Shown here: positions 30,631 through 40,800 of the stretch, in pieces
Position numbering within the stretch: the first letter of the stretch is position 1
Layout of the letters: each line of letters starts with the position of its first letter
Assembly: GCA_017577365.2 (NCBI GenBank)
Contig: PKRJ02000002.1
Coordinates: 5,921-69,920 of the forward strand
Reading direction: 5' to 3'
DNA: 64,000 nucleotides
Source of the DNA: Gammaproteobacteria bacterium
GTDB lineage: Bacteria > Pseudomonadota > Gammaproteobacteria > Steroidobacterales > Rariloculaceae
Translations under genes and position numbers: made by a program
Notes under the pieces: generated by a model
Told to the model about the DNA's origin: nothing
The model's input: the letters and a program-made list of their open reading frames with translations, nothing else
Database searches by the model: none

Positions 30631-32643
30631 TCAAACGGCGGAGGGTGCGGACGAGCGAACGCGGCGGATCGAGATCCGCGTCCTGAGCTCCGCGGTGCCG
30701 ACGGCTTCGCTTCGATAGACGAGCGTCGTCGTCGGCGCCTTGCGGCCGAAGCCTCGCGAGATCCAGCCGCCGAGCGGCGAGTCGCTGCCCGACAGAAGCT
30801 CGGGGCGCGCGTCCACCTCGTCGACGTCGATGCGGATCTCGATCTCACCGTCGGTCGAGACGGCCGCGCGGCCGTCGAGCGCGACGCGGCAGGTTTCGGC
30901 GAAATGCCAGAACCGCTCGACGAGATGTCGGCCCTGGCCCTCGATGCGATCGACGACCTCGAGCACGTCGTTCGCCTTCTCGAATCGCACCTCGCGACGG
31001 TGGCGCACCGGATCGGCGAGACGAAGATAACCGTCGTGCGACGCGATCAACCGGTCGTGCTCGTCGGTGCGCTCGAAGCGCTCCACCGTGGCCTCGGCTC
31101 TCGACGTCCACAAGAACGGTCCGCCGATCACCGACTGATCCTCGCCGTCGATGCGCACCGTGTTGTGCGCGGCCGTCCCGCGGAAATAGTCCCGCCAATG
31201 TCGATCGGAGTGATAGACGTACGTGCCGGGGTCGACGAGCTGCTCTCTGCCGCCGACCGATAACGTGACGGACAGACAATCGGCGTGACCGTGGCCCGCG
31301 ATGCTCAAGAAGCCGAGCGGCCCGGCGTCGACGACCGCACGGGCTTCGTCCGACGCGCCGAGGTCACGGCCGAGCACGTAATAGCCGCCGTCCGGGAAAG
31401 CGAAACGGTCGGCCCTCCGATAGGAAGACGCCGGCGCGACGTCGCGCAGCGGCTCGACGCCGGCGCACAGCCACTCGGCGGTCGTCGTGTGACCGCTTGC
31501 CTGACTCCGCCAGAGCTCGTCGTCGAACAGCACGGCACCCGCGCCGAGCAGCGATCGGAACGGATCGAGCGTTCGTCTGGGCTCGAGCGCGAACGCGAGC
31601 CCGTCGTCGGCATCGCCGATCATCGGCATGTTGCCGCCGACGTCGATCATCGCCGAGACGAACTCGATCATTCTGCCGAGCGACTGCCAGTAGTCGGGCG
31701 TGAACGCGATACCGGCCCGCCGTCCGGCGACGCCCGCGACGAGGAACAGCGACGCGACGAATTGCTGATACCACGTGGTCTGCTCCTTGTCGACGCCGTC
31801 CGCATGGACCTGTCGCCGCATCTCGCGCTCGAGGATCGTACGCGCGTCGTCGCGCCATTTGCGCGACTCGGGCCAGCACGGCCACGTGCAGCACGCGACG
31901 AAGACTCCCGCGGCCTCGCCGATCAGGTGATTGTTCGACGACGACGCGTAAGTCGACAGATGCCCCATGACGAAACGATTGTGCCGATGGATCGAGCGCA
32001 GCCATTCGTCACGGAAGCGACGCCCCTCCGCGCCGTCGAACAGCGGCGACTCCGCCCCCCCGCTGATCACGTAGGCGAGATGCCAGTTGATCAGGCGGAT
32101 CGCGACCTCGAGCGAGCTGCACCAGTTCGCGCCTCGGAGGTACGGGCATTGCCGCATCCAGCTCTCGAGCAGCTCGCGGAGCGTATCGACGTGAGCGCGA
32201 TCGCCGGTCAACCGATAAGCCTGCGCGAGCGAGACGAGCTCGAGATGCCGGTTGAGCTCCCACAGGTGCTTGACGTCGCCGACGAGGCCGGGATCGCGAT
32301 GGTCGAGAGTCTTGCCGTAGGTAAGCGGCGCGGTCGTTCCCGTCAGCGGATCGGTACTCCATTGCGGAGGAAAGCCGAGCGAGAAGCTTCGCCCGAAGAA
32401 CGAGAACACCCCCCGACGAACGTCGTCGGCAACGGCGAGATACGGCTCGGGATCGAGCTCGACGGCGGGCTGCGGAACGCTCTCGATGCCGCCGCGCGGC
32501 GGCCACTCGGCGGGCGCGGCGTCGCGACGCCCGACGAGCCCGAGGCGCTCCGCGCCGAAGCGCAGCTGCCGCCACGCGCGAGCGGCGATCTCCTCGGCCG
32601 GCATCGCTCTCGCACGATTCAAATACCATTGCAAACTTTGCAT
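30631..32643 (-). CDS. Heparinase II/III family protein (alginate-lyase-like N-terminal domain)
   Basis: WELNRH, NNHL, GHGHAD, DPGTYVY and AHNTV motifs. Confidence 0.88.
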   Translation of the reverse strand: MQSLQWYLNRARAMPAEEIAARAWRQLRFGAERLGLVGRRDAAPAEWPPRGGIESVPQPAVELDPEPYLAVADDVRRGVFSFFGRSFSLGFPPQWSTDPLTGTTAPLTYGKTLDHRDPGLVGDVKHLWELNRHLELVSLAQAYRLTGDRAHVDTLRELLESWMRQCPYLRGANWCSSLEVAIRLINWHLAYVISGGAESPLFDGAEGRRFRDEWLRSIHRHNRFVMGHLSTYASSSNNHLIGEAAGVFVACCTWPCWPESRKWRDDARTILEREMRRQVHADGVDKEQTTWYQQFVASLFLVAGVAGRRAGIAFTPDYWQSLGRMIEFVSAMIDVGGNMPMIGDADDGLAFALEPRRTLDPFRSLLGAGAVLFDDELWRSQASGHTTTAEWLCAGVEPLRDVAPASSYRRADRFAFPDGGYYVLGRDLGASDEARAVVDAGPLGFLSIAGHGHADCLSVTLSVGGREQLVDPGTYVYHSDRHWRDYFRGTAAHNTVRIDGEDQSVIGGPFLWTSRAEATVERFERTDEHDRLIASHDGYLRLADPVRHRREVRFEKANDVLEVVDRIEGQGRHLVERFWHFAETCRVALDGRAAVSTDGEIEIRIDVDEVDARPELLSGSDSPLGGWISRGFGRKAPTTTLVYRSEAVGTAELRTRISIRRVRSSAPSAV

Positions 32644-32693
32644 GGCCCGGTCTTGTGGAACTCCCCGTTTTGCGTTCCTACGGGACGCGATCA

Positions 32694-32709
32694 AGCACAT
32701 TCCGTGCCT
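32694..32709 (-). promoter_or_regulatory. Possible sigma54 promoter of the heparinase-family gene
   Basis: The minus strand reads AGGCAC-GGAAT-GTGCT (GG-N10-GC conserved). Confidence 0.45.
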
Positions 32710-32715
32710 CAGGAA

Positions 32716-32731
32716 TGGCCCACAACTTGCA
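32716..32731 (+). promoter_or_regulatory. sigma54 promoter of the GT4/GT-C operon
   Basis: TGGCCC-ACAAC-TTGCA. Confidence 0.65.
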
Positions 32732-32915
32732 GCGGGCGGCGCGGTTCATGGGGCGACCCGACCGCCGCGCCGAGAGCGACAAACGGCGATAGCTCGGTCG
32801 AGAGCATCGAAGAGCCCGGAAAAGCGCGGTCCAATGTGCCGTTCGACGACTGGCGTCTCGCGTCGCGCTCTCGCGCTCGACCGCGGAACGAACTCGAACG
32901 AGGAAGCGACCGAAA

Positions 32916-34172
32916 GTGAAAATCGCCTACCTGTCTCACAGCCCACTGCGGACGCAGGTCGCGAACGCGATCCACGTGATGCAGATGTGCGCGGCTTTCG
33001 CCGGCCTCGGCCACGAGGTGTGCCTCTACGCGAGAGGACGTCCGGGTCGTACGGAGGAATTGTTCCGCGCTTACGGGCTCGAGCCCGCGCGTTTCCGAAT
33101 AGCGCTCTTGCCGCGCGGGCCTTGGAGGCTCGTCGGACGCTCGATCTACGCGCTGATGCAGGTCGTGCGCGCCCGCGTGCGCGACGAGCCCGAGCTCTAC
33201 TATGCGAGATGTCCCGCTTCGGCGGCGTTCGCGCTGCTCTTCGGCGGCGTCGTGCTCGAGATCCACGAGCTGCCGAGAACCGGCCTGGAGAAACGGCTCC
33301 AGCGCTTCACGCTGGAGCATCCGCGTCTCAAGCGCGTGGTCACGATCTCCCGCGCACTGCTCGACGATCTCGAGCGCGAGCACCCCGGCCTGCTCGCTCG
33401 CGTCGATTGCATCGTCGCGCCGGACGGCGCAACTCTTCGGCCCGTTGCGATGCCGTTCCAGCTTCGGCGAGGGCCCGGCCGACAGATCGGGTATGCCGGC
33501 GGCTTGAGGCCCGGTAACGGCATCGGCACGATCATCGCGCTCGCCGAAGCCCTGCCGCAGGACACCTTCCACGTTCTCGGCGGAAGCGAGGACGATGTCG
33601 CCGCATGGCGCGCGCGGCAGAGAAGCTCGAACATCGTCTGGTACGGACACCGCGACCCGGCTTGCGTCCCTGCGTTTCTCGAGTCGTGCGACGTGCTGCT
33701 CGCGCCGTACGAGAATGGGCCGAAGACCGTGAGCGGCCAGGATACGTCCCGATGGATGTCGCCGCTCAAGATCTTCGAGTATATGGCCGCGGGACGGGCG
33801 ATGGTCGTCTCCGATTATCCGGTGCTGCGCGAAGTGCTCGCGGACGATTTCGCGGAGCTCGTGCCGCCGGGCGACGTCGACGCTTGGCTCGATGCGCTCC
33901 ATAGGCTCGAAGATCCGGCGGCTCGTGCGCGGCTCGGCGAACGCGCGCGCGGCGTGCTCGCGCAACGCTATACATGGACCGCGCGCGCCGCGAGCGTGCT
34001 CGCCGGGCTCGAGCAGGCGGCGCCGGCCGCCGCGGCGCGGGACGCCTCCTCGAGCGCAGCGTCACAAGCGTCCGAAGCCGCCGCTTCGCCGGCGTGGCGC
34101 GCAACTTGCACCTCGCCGTCGGCGAGCGAGCGTGAACCCATCTCGGTCGCGCTCGTCGAAGGCGAAAAATAA
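32916..34172 (+). CDS. Glycosyltransferase family 4
   Basis: ANAIHVMQM and MSPLKIFEYMAAG motifs. Confidence 0.88.
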   Translation: MKIAYLSHSPLRTQVANAIHVMQMCAAFAGLGHEVCLYARGRPGRTEELFRAYGLEPARFRIALLPRGPWRLVGRSIYALMQVVRARVRDEPELYYARCPASAAFALLFGGVVLEIHELPRTGLEKRLQRFTLEHPRLKRVVTISRALLDDLEREHPGLLARVDCIVAPDGATLRPVAMPFQLRRGPGRQIGYAGGLRPGNGIGTIIALAEALPQDTFHVLGGSEDDVAAWRARQRSSNIVWYGHRDPACVPAFLESCDVLLAPYENGPKTVSGQDTSRWMSPLKIFEYMAAGRAMVVSDYPVLREVLADDFAELVPPGDVDAWLDALHRLEDPAARARLGERARGVLAQRYTWTARAASVLAGLEQAAPAAAARDASSSAASQASEAAASPAWRATCTSPSASEREPISVALVEGEK

Positions 34173-34189
34173 TCACGGGGAGCAGCGCC

Positions 34190-36250
34190 TTGCCGCAGCC
34201 CAAGAACGGGCGAACCGGGCTCAAGATCGAGGCCGCGTGGATTCTCGCTCTGCTCGTGGCGGCCGGCGCCGTGCTTCGGCTCGTCGACCTCGGCGCGATC
34301 TCGTTTCATTGGGACGAGGATCTGTCCGCCCTCGCGGCCAAGGCCATCGCCGAGCACGGAATCCCCGAGTTGCCCAGCGGCATGATCTACCTGAGAGGTC
34401 TCGCGTTCTCGTACGCGATGGCCGCGAGCGGCATGTGGCTCGGATTCGACGAGGCGGCACTGCGACTGCCCGCCGCTCTCTTCGGGATTGCGCTCATTCC
34501 GCTTTCCTTCGTGTTCGGGAAACGCCTGTTCGGAGCTTCCGTCGGGCTCGTGCTGGCCGCGCTCGTCACGTTCTCCTTCTGGGATATCGAGTTTTCGCGT
34601 TACGCGCGGATGTACGCGCCGTTCGGATTCCTCTACCTGCTGACGCTGCTCTTGATCTGGCGCTATCGCGTCGTCGAGACCAGCTTCGCAGGCGGTGCCC
34701 TCGCGCTCGTATCGGCGCTGCTCGCCATATCGCTGCATGAGCTGGGCTACACGCTGGCGCTCGCATTTCTCCTCCCCGTGGCGATTCGAGGCCGCGAGGC
34801 GTTCTCGTCACCGCGCGGACTGATTTTCCCCGTCACCGCCTGCGGCATCGCGGCGGCCGCGTTCTTCGTCTGGCAACGCATTCAGGACCGCTATTACTAC
34901 CGCGCCGCGTCCCTCGCGAGCGCGGAAGCCGCGCCGTCGGGCGAAGGAGCCGGCCAGGCGATCCCCGGCAGTGCCGGCGCGGACGGGGATGCGGGGCTCA
35001 TCGAGCGCATCCTCGATTCGGTCCGGCTCCCGGACTTGCCGCTCTTCTCGGCGCTCTACGACGCCGCGCCGTGGGCCGCGATCGGTCTCGTCGCCGCGGC
35101 CCTCGGATTCGCCGCGGTCGTTCTCGTCGCCGCTCGACGCGTTTCGGTCGGCGAGCGACTGCTGCTCGGCGCCGTCGCGCTTTGCTGCGCGCTACAACTG
35201 TTCAACGTCGCGCTGCTCGCCGGGATCGCGCTCGCTTTCGCGAAACGCCGCGGGCTCGCCGGCCTCCGCGAGCCCGACGTCGTCACGGCGATCGCGATGA
35301 TCGGCACCGGCTTCGCCGCATGGCTCGTGCTCGCGCTCGGTCTCGATCTCGTCGGCGATCTTCGGGCCACGGCTGCCGCGAAGGAAACCGTCAAACGGTT
35401 GCTCGACTACCCGAGCTTCTTCGTATTCTGGGGATTCCCCTCCGAGTATCCGCTGATGTCGATCCCCGCGCTGATCGGCCTGTTATGGGCGTTCGACCGC
35501 GCGGCAAGACCGGAGCCCGATCGGCCCGCCCTCTTCCTGCTCGCGGCATTCGCGCTGCCGGTCGTGTTGAACGGCTTGTTCGAGTCGCGCTACGGCTTCT
35601 TCCGCTACAACGTGCCATTCGGGCCGCTCTTCTTCGCGTTCGTCGCCCTCGGCCTCGTCCGCTGGACGGACGTCTTCGACGCCTGGCGGCCGTCGGCTCG
35701 ACCGCTCACCAGGGCGGGCGTCACGGCCGGCACCGCGGCGCTGGCCGCGCTCGTCGTCGTCTACGACGCAAGTCCGCTGCGCGGCTGGCTCGTCGCGCAG
35801 CGCGAGCACGACGATCGAAGTGCGCTTTCCGATGCGTTCAAGATACGCGGCTTCAGGGACTACCGCTCGGCCGCGGAGCACGTGCTGCAGCACGCCGCCC
35901 CGGGCGACGAGATTCTGACCTTCGAATGCCGAGAGTATTTCAACTATATCGGGCGGCTCGACTACTGCCTCATCTCGGGCACCTATCGATCCGGCGACGA
36001 GCTGATCCAGACCTACGTCCACGATGGGGTGCTGCGGGATCTCTATGTCGCCGTTCCCCTGATCACGAGCGCGAAGGAGCTCGAGCGGACGCTGCGCAAG
36101 ACGCCCGGCACGAAATGGTTGCTCGCGTCGACGTCGGTATTGGATAACGACCAAGCGATCGGCGCGGACTTCCGCCGACTGCTCGAGGACAACGCGCACC
36201 GCGTCGTACACGTCGCCCGCGACGGCGACACGATGGTCTATCGATTCTGA
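34190..36250 (+). CDS. GT-C fold membrane glycosyltransferase (ArnT/PMT, GT39-like)
   Basis: First-loop SFHWDE motif, SRYARMY, many TM helices and a C-terminal soluble domain. Confidence 0.75.
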   Translation: MPQPKNGRTGLKIEAAWILALLVAAGAVLRLVDLGAISFHWDEDLSALAAKAIAEHGIPELPSGMIYLRGLAFSYAMAASGMWLGFDEAALRLPAALFGIALIPLSFVFGKRLFGASVGLVLAALVTFSFWDIEFSRYARMYAPFGFLYLLTLLLIWRYRVVETSFAGGALALVSALLAISLHELGYTLALAFLLPVAIRGREAFSSPRGLIFPVTACGIAAAAFFVWQRIQDRYYYRAASLASAEAAPSGEGAGQAIPGSAGADGDAGLIERILDSVRLPDLPLFSALYDAAPWAAIGLVAAALGFAAVVLVAARRVSVGERLLLGAVALCCALQLFNVALLAGIALAFAKRRGLAGLREPDVVTAIAMIGTGFAAWLVLALGLDLVGDLRATAAAKETVKRLLDYPSFFVFWGFPSEYPLMSIPALIGLLWAFDRAARPEPDRPALFLLAAFALPVVLNGLFESRYGFFRYNVPFGPLFFAFVALGLVRWTDVFDAWRPSARPLTRAGVTAGTAALAALVVVYDASPLRGWLVAQREHDDRSALSDAFKIRGFRDYRSAAEHVLQHAAPGDEILTFECREYFNYIGRLDYCLISGTYRSGDELIQTYVHDGVLRDLYVAVPLITSAKELERTLRKTPGTKWLLASTSVLDNDQAIGADFRRLLEDNAHRVVHVARDGDTMVYRF

Positions 36251-36515
36251 TCGCTACCGCCGAACGAGCACACCGCAACGTCCAAGAGGGCAACCTCAAA
36301 GCCCAAGAGGGCATCGCGCTGTCGATCCTTCGCGGGAGCGTCCGCGGCAGGGACGCCGCGGACGCAGCGCACGCAGACGTATTCACAGCGGTCCCGCGAA
36401 GGGTCGATAGCGCCATGCCCGCCCTCGTGTCCCCTTTAGCAACCGCGTTGCGCCGACGATTCGCTTGACGGGTTCGCTTCGGCCAGGCATCAATGGCGGG
36501 ACGGAGGATTCGCCG

Positions 36516-37304
36516 ATGCCCCGGACGCCGAGATCGAAACCTCGAACGCAAAGGCTCGCGGCTCTGCTCCTCGGGCTCGGGGCGGGACTCGCGAGCGGCC
36601 AGAGCCGGCTCGGCGAAGGGACGATCTCGGCCGAACCGCCCGAGGCCGAGTTCCACATGGCGCGGCTCGCCTACGACACGCGAGGCTGCGCGGGCTCCCG
36701 CGGCTGGTGCAATCCGCTCTGGGCGGTCGATTATCCGCACGCGGAAGCGCATTTTCTGCCTGCGCTCGCGCGCATGACGCGCGTCGACGTCGCGTCGGAC
36801 AGCCGGCATCTCACGCTCGACGACGATCGGATCTTCGACTATCCGTGGCTGTTCGTGCAGCAGGTCGCACAAGGGCGCTGGCAGCCCGCGCGGCGCGAGA
36901 TCGAACGGCTCAGGGAGTATCTGCTGCGCGGCGGTTTTCTCGTGTTCGACGATTTTCACGGCGAGAGCGAGTGGTGGTATTTCGAGAGCGTGATGCGGGA
37001 AGTTTTACCCGGGCGCCCGATCGTCGACATCCCGCAGGACGACGCACTGATGAACCTCCTGTTCAGCCTCGACAAACGCACGCAGATTCCGGGCGAGCGT
37101 CATCTCCGCTGGCAGCGCATGCAGGGTCCGCCGCACTGGCGCGGCATCTATGACGAAAGCGGCCGACTCATGGTCGCGATCAACCATAACATCGACATGG
37201 GCGACGCGTGGGAGCACGCCGACGACCCGTACTATCCCGCGCCGATGACCGCGACCGCGTATCGCTTCGGCGTCAACTACGTGATCTACGCGATGACGCA
37301 TTGA
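36516..37304 (+). CDS. DUF4159 family protein
   Basis: WAVDYP, LREYLLRGGFLVFDDF, DMGDAWE and FGVNYVIYAMTH motifs. Confidence 0.85.
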   Translation: MPRTPRSKPRTQRLAALLLGLGAGLASGQSRLGEGTISAEPPEAEFHMARLAYDTRGCAGSRGWCNPLWAVDYPHAEAHFLPALARMTRVDVASDSRHLTLDDDRIFDYPWLFVQQVAQGRWQPARREIERLREYLLRGGFLVFDDFHGESEWWYFESVMREVLPGRPIVDIPQDDALMNLLFSLDKRTQIPGERHLRWQRMQGPPHWRGIYDESGRLMVAINHNIDMGDAWEHADDPYYPAPMTATAYRFGVNYVIYAMTH

Positions 37305-37685
37305 GTGCGTACTGCGCCGTTCCGCGGCGCATGCGTGCATCACTTTCGAGCGACTCTTCCGCGAACGGCCTCCTGCAGGCGCGCTCACGCCCCGATCGAG
37401 AGCGAGCGACGGCGGCGCGTGCCACAGCGTGAAGCAATCGCGTTCCGACTTGCATTCGGTTCGCGCAACGTCTCGACGACGCGTGCCCGAGCGTGATCCG
37501 ATGCGACTTCGCGGACGTCGCTTCGCATCGCGATGCTCTTCACGTCGCATCTCCTTCTCGCTTTCGTCGAGAAGCTTCGTCTTGATGCAACGCAAGTCGA
37601 GAAACGCCCTCATGCGGAACATTTTCTCGGCGTGCATGTCGCGCCGTTTTCACTAAGTCATTGTTCGATCTTGCATCGGTCCTCT

Positions 37686-37701
37686 TGGCACGACGATTGC
37701 T
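37686..37701 (+). promoter_or_regulatory. sigma54 promoter of the TonB receptor/ureohydrolase operon
   Basis: TGGCAC-GACGA-TTGCT, a perfect consensus, with an IHF-like TAAGTCATTGTT at 37654 and palindromes at 37500-37551. Confidence 0.78.
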
Positions 37702-37844
37702 GGAACCTTTTCGCCACGGCACACAAAGCGATCGCAGGCAGCACTCGTTGTTGCAATGCAATCGTCGCGTCGTGCGCGGAGCCATCACACAGAACGTCGA
37801 TCACAAGGAAGCGTCGAGAACTTCCTTCGCGCAGCGGAGCGACC

Positions 37845-40800
37845 ATGACCAGCATCGACAATCTTGCCCGGAGCCGGCTGAGCTATTTGATCGCACTCTG
37901 CACAGGCACTGCAGTTGCGCCGGCCGCCGACGCTCAGGAAGTGCCTTCCAGGACCCTCGATGGTTTCGTCGAGGAAGTCGTAGTGACCGGCAGCCGAATG
38001 GTGCGGTCCAACGCGAACACGGCTCAGCCGATCTCGACGATCAGCGCGGAGACGCTGAGACAGACCGGCACGACGGACATCGGCGAGATCCTCAACGACA
38101 ACCCGGCGCTCTTGTCGTCGATCACGTCGAGCAATTCGCTGGACAACGAGCCGGGAAACGTCGGAGCCGCCGACAACGTCGGCGGAAGCGCGCTCGATCT
38201 CAGGGGACTCGGTTTCCATCGGACGTTGACGCTCGTGAACGGGCGTCGGCACGTATCGGGAATCGAAGGAACGTTGGCGGTAGACATATCGACCATCCCT
38301 TCGGCATTGATCGAAAGCGTCGAGGTGCTCACCGGCGGTGCGTCCGCGGTGTACGGAGCCGACGCGGTGACCGGCGTCGTCAACATCGTGCTCAAAGACG
38401 ACTTCGAGGGATTCGAGCTCGATCTCCGTCCGGGCGTCTCCGGCGAAGGCGACGCGGAGACGTCGAGCCTCAGCCTGCTCTTCGGCCGGAACTTCAACGA
38501 GCGACACGGAAACGTGATCGTCTCGTTCCAGCACGAGTACAGCGCCGGGCTGCGTCAGGGTGATCGCGACTTTCTCGCGAACGACGGCATGCACGACGAC
38601 GACGCGAACCCCGCTCTGCGTTTTCAGCACGGCGACATCGATGCGGCGTCGACGCCGAACTTCAGCAGATACTACGACTTCTCCAACACCGGCTTGTATC
38701 CGGCCGGGTTACGCATTCCGACCGCGGAGAGCTTCATTGCGCAGTACGAGCAGGCATTCGGTGAAACGCCTGCGTTGACTGCAGCCGAGCTCGCGTTGAT
38801 CGAAAGAGCGGCGACCGCGCCCCCGCGAGTCTTCTTGCCCGGGCGGACGTTCAACGTGACGTCGCCTTACGGCGTCGTCGCCATCGGCACTTTCGGCACC
38901 GGCTCGATTCCCCTCGGCGCGGAGCCGGATGTCGACGGCGACGGCACGCCCGATTGCCTGCAGAGCTTTACCGGATACAACTCCACGTTCGCGGGCGCGG
39001 CTTCGTTCGGCGGAGCCGGCGGGTGCTGGTTTCTCGACGAGTCCGGCAATCCCGTTCCGTACAAGGACGGCTTGATAGCCAGCAACTTCAACCAGTTCGG
39101 GGCATCGCAGAGCTTCATCGCGCCGAACTCGCCCTACGTTCTGCCCAAGGAGGAAAAGTACGCGGTCAATTTCAACGGCCGTTACGAGTTCTCGCCCAAA
39201 GCGGAGCTTTTCTGGGAATCGAAATACGTCTATCACGAGGTGGAGTTCGGCGGCGGCGGCCACAATTTCACGGATTTGCTCTACGGCGCGCCGGACAACC
39301 CGTTCTTGCCGGAAGCGCTGAAGCCCTATGCCGACAACGAAGGTCATCCTGTCGTGGGGCCCGGCGGCCTGTACATTTCCCGCGATTCCGACGATTGGGG
39401 GCCGAACATCTCGACGAACGAGCGCACGACATACAGGTTGGTAACCGGCGCTCGCGGCTCCTTCGACAAGCCCGCGCTCGATTACGAGATCTCGGCGAAT
39501 TTCGGTCGGTTCGAGCGAAAGCTGATCGATCGCGAGGCGATGATCACGGACCGCTTCTTCGCCGCGATCGACGTCGTCACGCATCCGGAGACGGGCGAGC
39601 CCGTCTGTCGCTCGGATCTCGATCCTACCGCGTATCCTCCGACGACCCCCTTCAACATTCCGACCTACGTGGGCGGCGGCGCGCCTTCTCCCTTCTTCAC
39701 GTTCACGCCGGGCGACAGGCAGTGTAAACCGGCGAACATCTGGGGCGGACGCGGCGCGATCAGCCAGGAAGCGATCGACTTCTTCACGTATGACCGGATT
39801 GTCGAGGAGAGCATCGAGCAGAGCGTCGTCACGGGCTTCATCAGCGGCGACAGCAGTCGGCTGTTCTCCCTGCCCGGCGGTCCGGTCGGTTTCGTGCTCG
39901 GCGCGGAATGGCGTGAAGAGAAAAGCCGGCAGACGTTCGACGAGTACGATCGCGGCATCATTCAGGTGGCCGGCGTCACGCCGGACGGCACGCCCTACTC
40001 CCCTGGAGATTTCGTCGGCGACGTGAGCAATGCCGCCGCGCTCGGCGCGGATCCGTCGACGACGCTCGCGAATACCGATGCGAGCTACGACGTGTGGGAC
40101 GTGTTCGCGGAGCTCTCGTTGCCCTTGCTCGCGTCGAAGCCTTTCGCGGACGAGTTGACGATCGACGCGGCCGTGCGGCGAGCCGACTACTCGACGTTCG
40201 GCAATAACACGACGTATCGCTACGGCTTGGTCTGGGCGCCGGTGAGCGACGTTCGTTTCCGCGCGAACTACAGCAGGGCGATACGAGTACCGAACCTGTT
40301 CGAGCTGTACTCGCCTGAGCAGGGTCAGCGTTTCCGCCCCGTGGATCCGTGCGACGCCGGCCAGATCTCCCAGGCGCCCGATCCCGCGCTCAGGCAGGCG
40401 AACTGCGTCGCTCACCTCGCGTCGTTCAACGTGCCTCTGGAGAACGTCTTCGATGCCTCCGGCAACTACATCTTCGACGATCCGCTGTCGGCCGGCTTCC
40501 CGGGAGTCATAGGCGGAAATCCCAATCTCGAGCCGGAAGACGCGACGACGAAGACTTTCGGAGTCGTGCTCCAGCCGCCGAAGGTCGACCGCCTGGTTCT
40601 GTCGCTCGACTATTGGGATATCGTCATCGACGACGCGATCTCCAGCATCTCCGCGCAGAACATCGTCAACGGCTGTTACGACGCGCCGTCGATCAACAAT
40701 CCGTTCTGCGAGCTGATCCAGCGAAACTCGAATCCGACCTCGGCGCAGGCGGGCGGATTCACGTTCCTACGTCAGACCATGCTGAACTTCGGCGCCGCCG

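Noticed and set aside
37305-37845. Guanidine riboswitch expected upstream of ureohydrolase genes
   Set aside because: I found no ykkC, tandem ACGR-loop or ykkC-III signature; the region is explained by a sigma54 promoter.
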